Source of the DNA: a virus
Lineage: Duplodnaviria; Caudoviricetes
Virus record (IMG/VR): IMGVR_UViG_3300032282_004923
Span: 1 to 56,314 of that record
Reading direction: 5' to 3' (one strand)
DNA: 56,314 bases
Part shown: positions 55,552 through 56,314 of the stretch, piece by piece
Layout of the letters: the number at the start of each line of letters is the position of its first letter
Position numbering within the stretch: the first letter of the stretch is position 1
Notes under the pieces: model-generated
Told to the model about the DNA's origin: nothing
Seen by the model: only the letters and a program-made list of their open reading frames with translations
Database searches by the model: none
Made by a program: the position numbers and the translations under genes

Positions 55552-56109
55552 ATGCCGAATATACGCAAACCTCAATTAAGCAAGCCTAAAAGCAGCCTGA
55601 TACTCGATGACAGCCTCGTAGAGTGGCTCCGACACCAGGACTGGTCGGAGTTCGCTACTAGCATCGTCTCCTTCTACGACAAGAATGGGGGCATGACCGT
55701 CAAACAGCGCGAATCCGGGCGCAAGATGCGTGCAAAACTTGACGAATCCTACGGAGTGGCTGAGAAGTCGATTGGTGATGGCATGTACATAGACAGGGCC
55801 GGCGAACGCCTGTACAAGCTCGCACACGTCTCTAAGAATGGCTACAAGACGCGTACGCTGCGTATGCGACGGATAGAGCTTCCTAACTGGCACGAGGTTA
55901 AAAACGGGTTTGGGGCCAGCAATAAGGACGATTTTTACGAGGCTGTGGACGAGGGGTACATTCGTTTGCTATCTCTTGACGAAATGCGCGACATCGGGCG
56001 CAAGACTGGCATCTGCTGTGCCTGTGGTAGGGCTCTAGACGACCCTAAGAGCATCGAAGACGGTATTGGGCCTGTCTGTGCCAAACAAGAGCGTGAACGT
56101 AACCAGTGA
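55552..56109 (+). CDS. DUF6011-like Zn-finger protein
   Basis: CCACGRALDDPKSIEDGIGPVCA. Confidence 0.8.
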   Translation: MPNIRKPQLSKPKSSLILDDSLVEWLRHQDWSEFATSIVSFYDKNGGMTVKQRESGRKMRAKLDESYGVAEKSIGDGMYIDRAGERLYKLAHVSKNGYKTRTLRMRRIELPNWHEVKNGFGASNKDDFYEAVDEGYIRLLSLDEMRDIGRKTGICCACGRALDDPKSIEDGIGPVCAKQERERNQ

Positions 56110-56314
56110 CCTTAGAACGTTGATGGGATAGAGGCTCCCGTTATAAATCCAAACGGCCGCGTCTGTATTGGATAAATTTATTGGAAACTAGTGTGTGCAA
56201 TCGCATCACTAGTGGGTATATTAAAAAACATGAAAAAAGCAAAACTCCGTGAAAAGGTAAAGCGTGTCAAGTCAGAACGAGACATGTGGAAAGAAACGTC
56301 AGATTTCTTGGCTA

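Noticed and set aside
56230-56314. ORF start MKKAKLREK at the window end
   Set aside because: Truncated; too short to call.

Overview
Roughly 56 kb of a tailed dsDNA phage genome. The host is probably an actinobacterium, judged from two WhiB genes, many apparently leaderless genes and an MSMEG_6728-like gene. 1-17.9 kb: virion fibre/adhesin genes (Gly/collagen-rich, His-rich, FN3 plus Cys-rich) mixed with tailoring enzymes (flavin halogenase, two 2OG-Fe(II) oxygenases, FkbM methyltransferase, GT4). 18-19.2 kb: putative lysis genes. 19-24 kb: phosphoesterase, HslV-like protease, WhiB and replication accessories. 24.4-39.9 kb: an unusual modular accessory region. It holds 14 same-strand copies of TCWTCCRCCACCGTC, most followed by an AGYCCCG/hairpin element and usually 0.7-0.85 kb (or about twice that) apart. 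These bound small promoter-gene-terminator units. Many promoters carry a CRP-like palindrome in helical phase, and six units contain unannotated 17-19 aa hydrophobic micropeptides. 40-56 kb: SNF2 helicase, PAPS-reductase-like protein, DUF932, WhiB, primase-helicase, thioredoxin, HNH, tRNA-Arg(UCU), class II RNR and a histone-like protein. All calls come from motif recognition by eye; no database searches were run.
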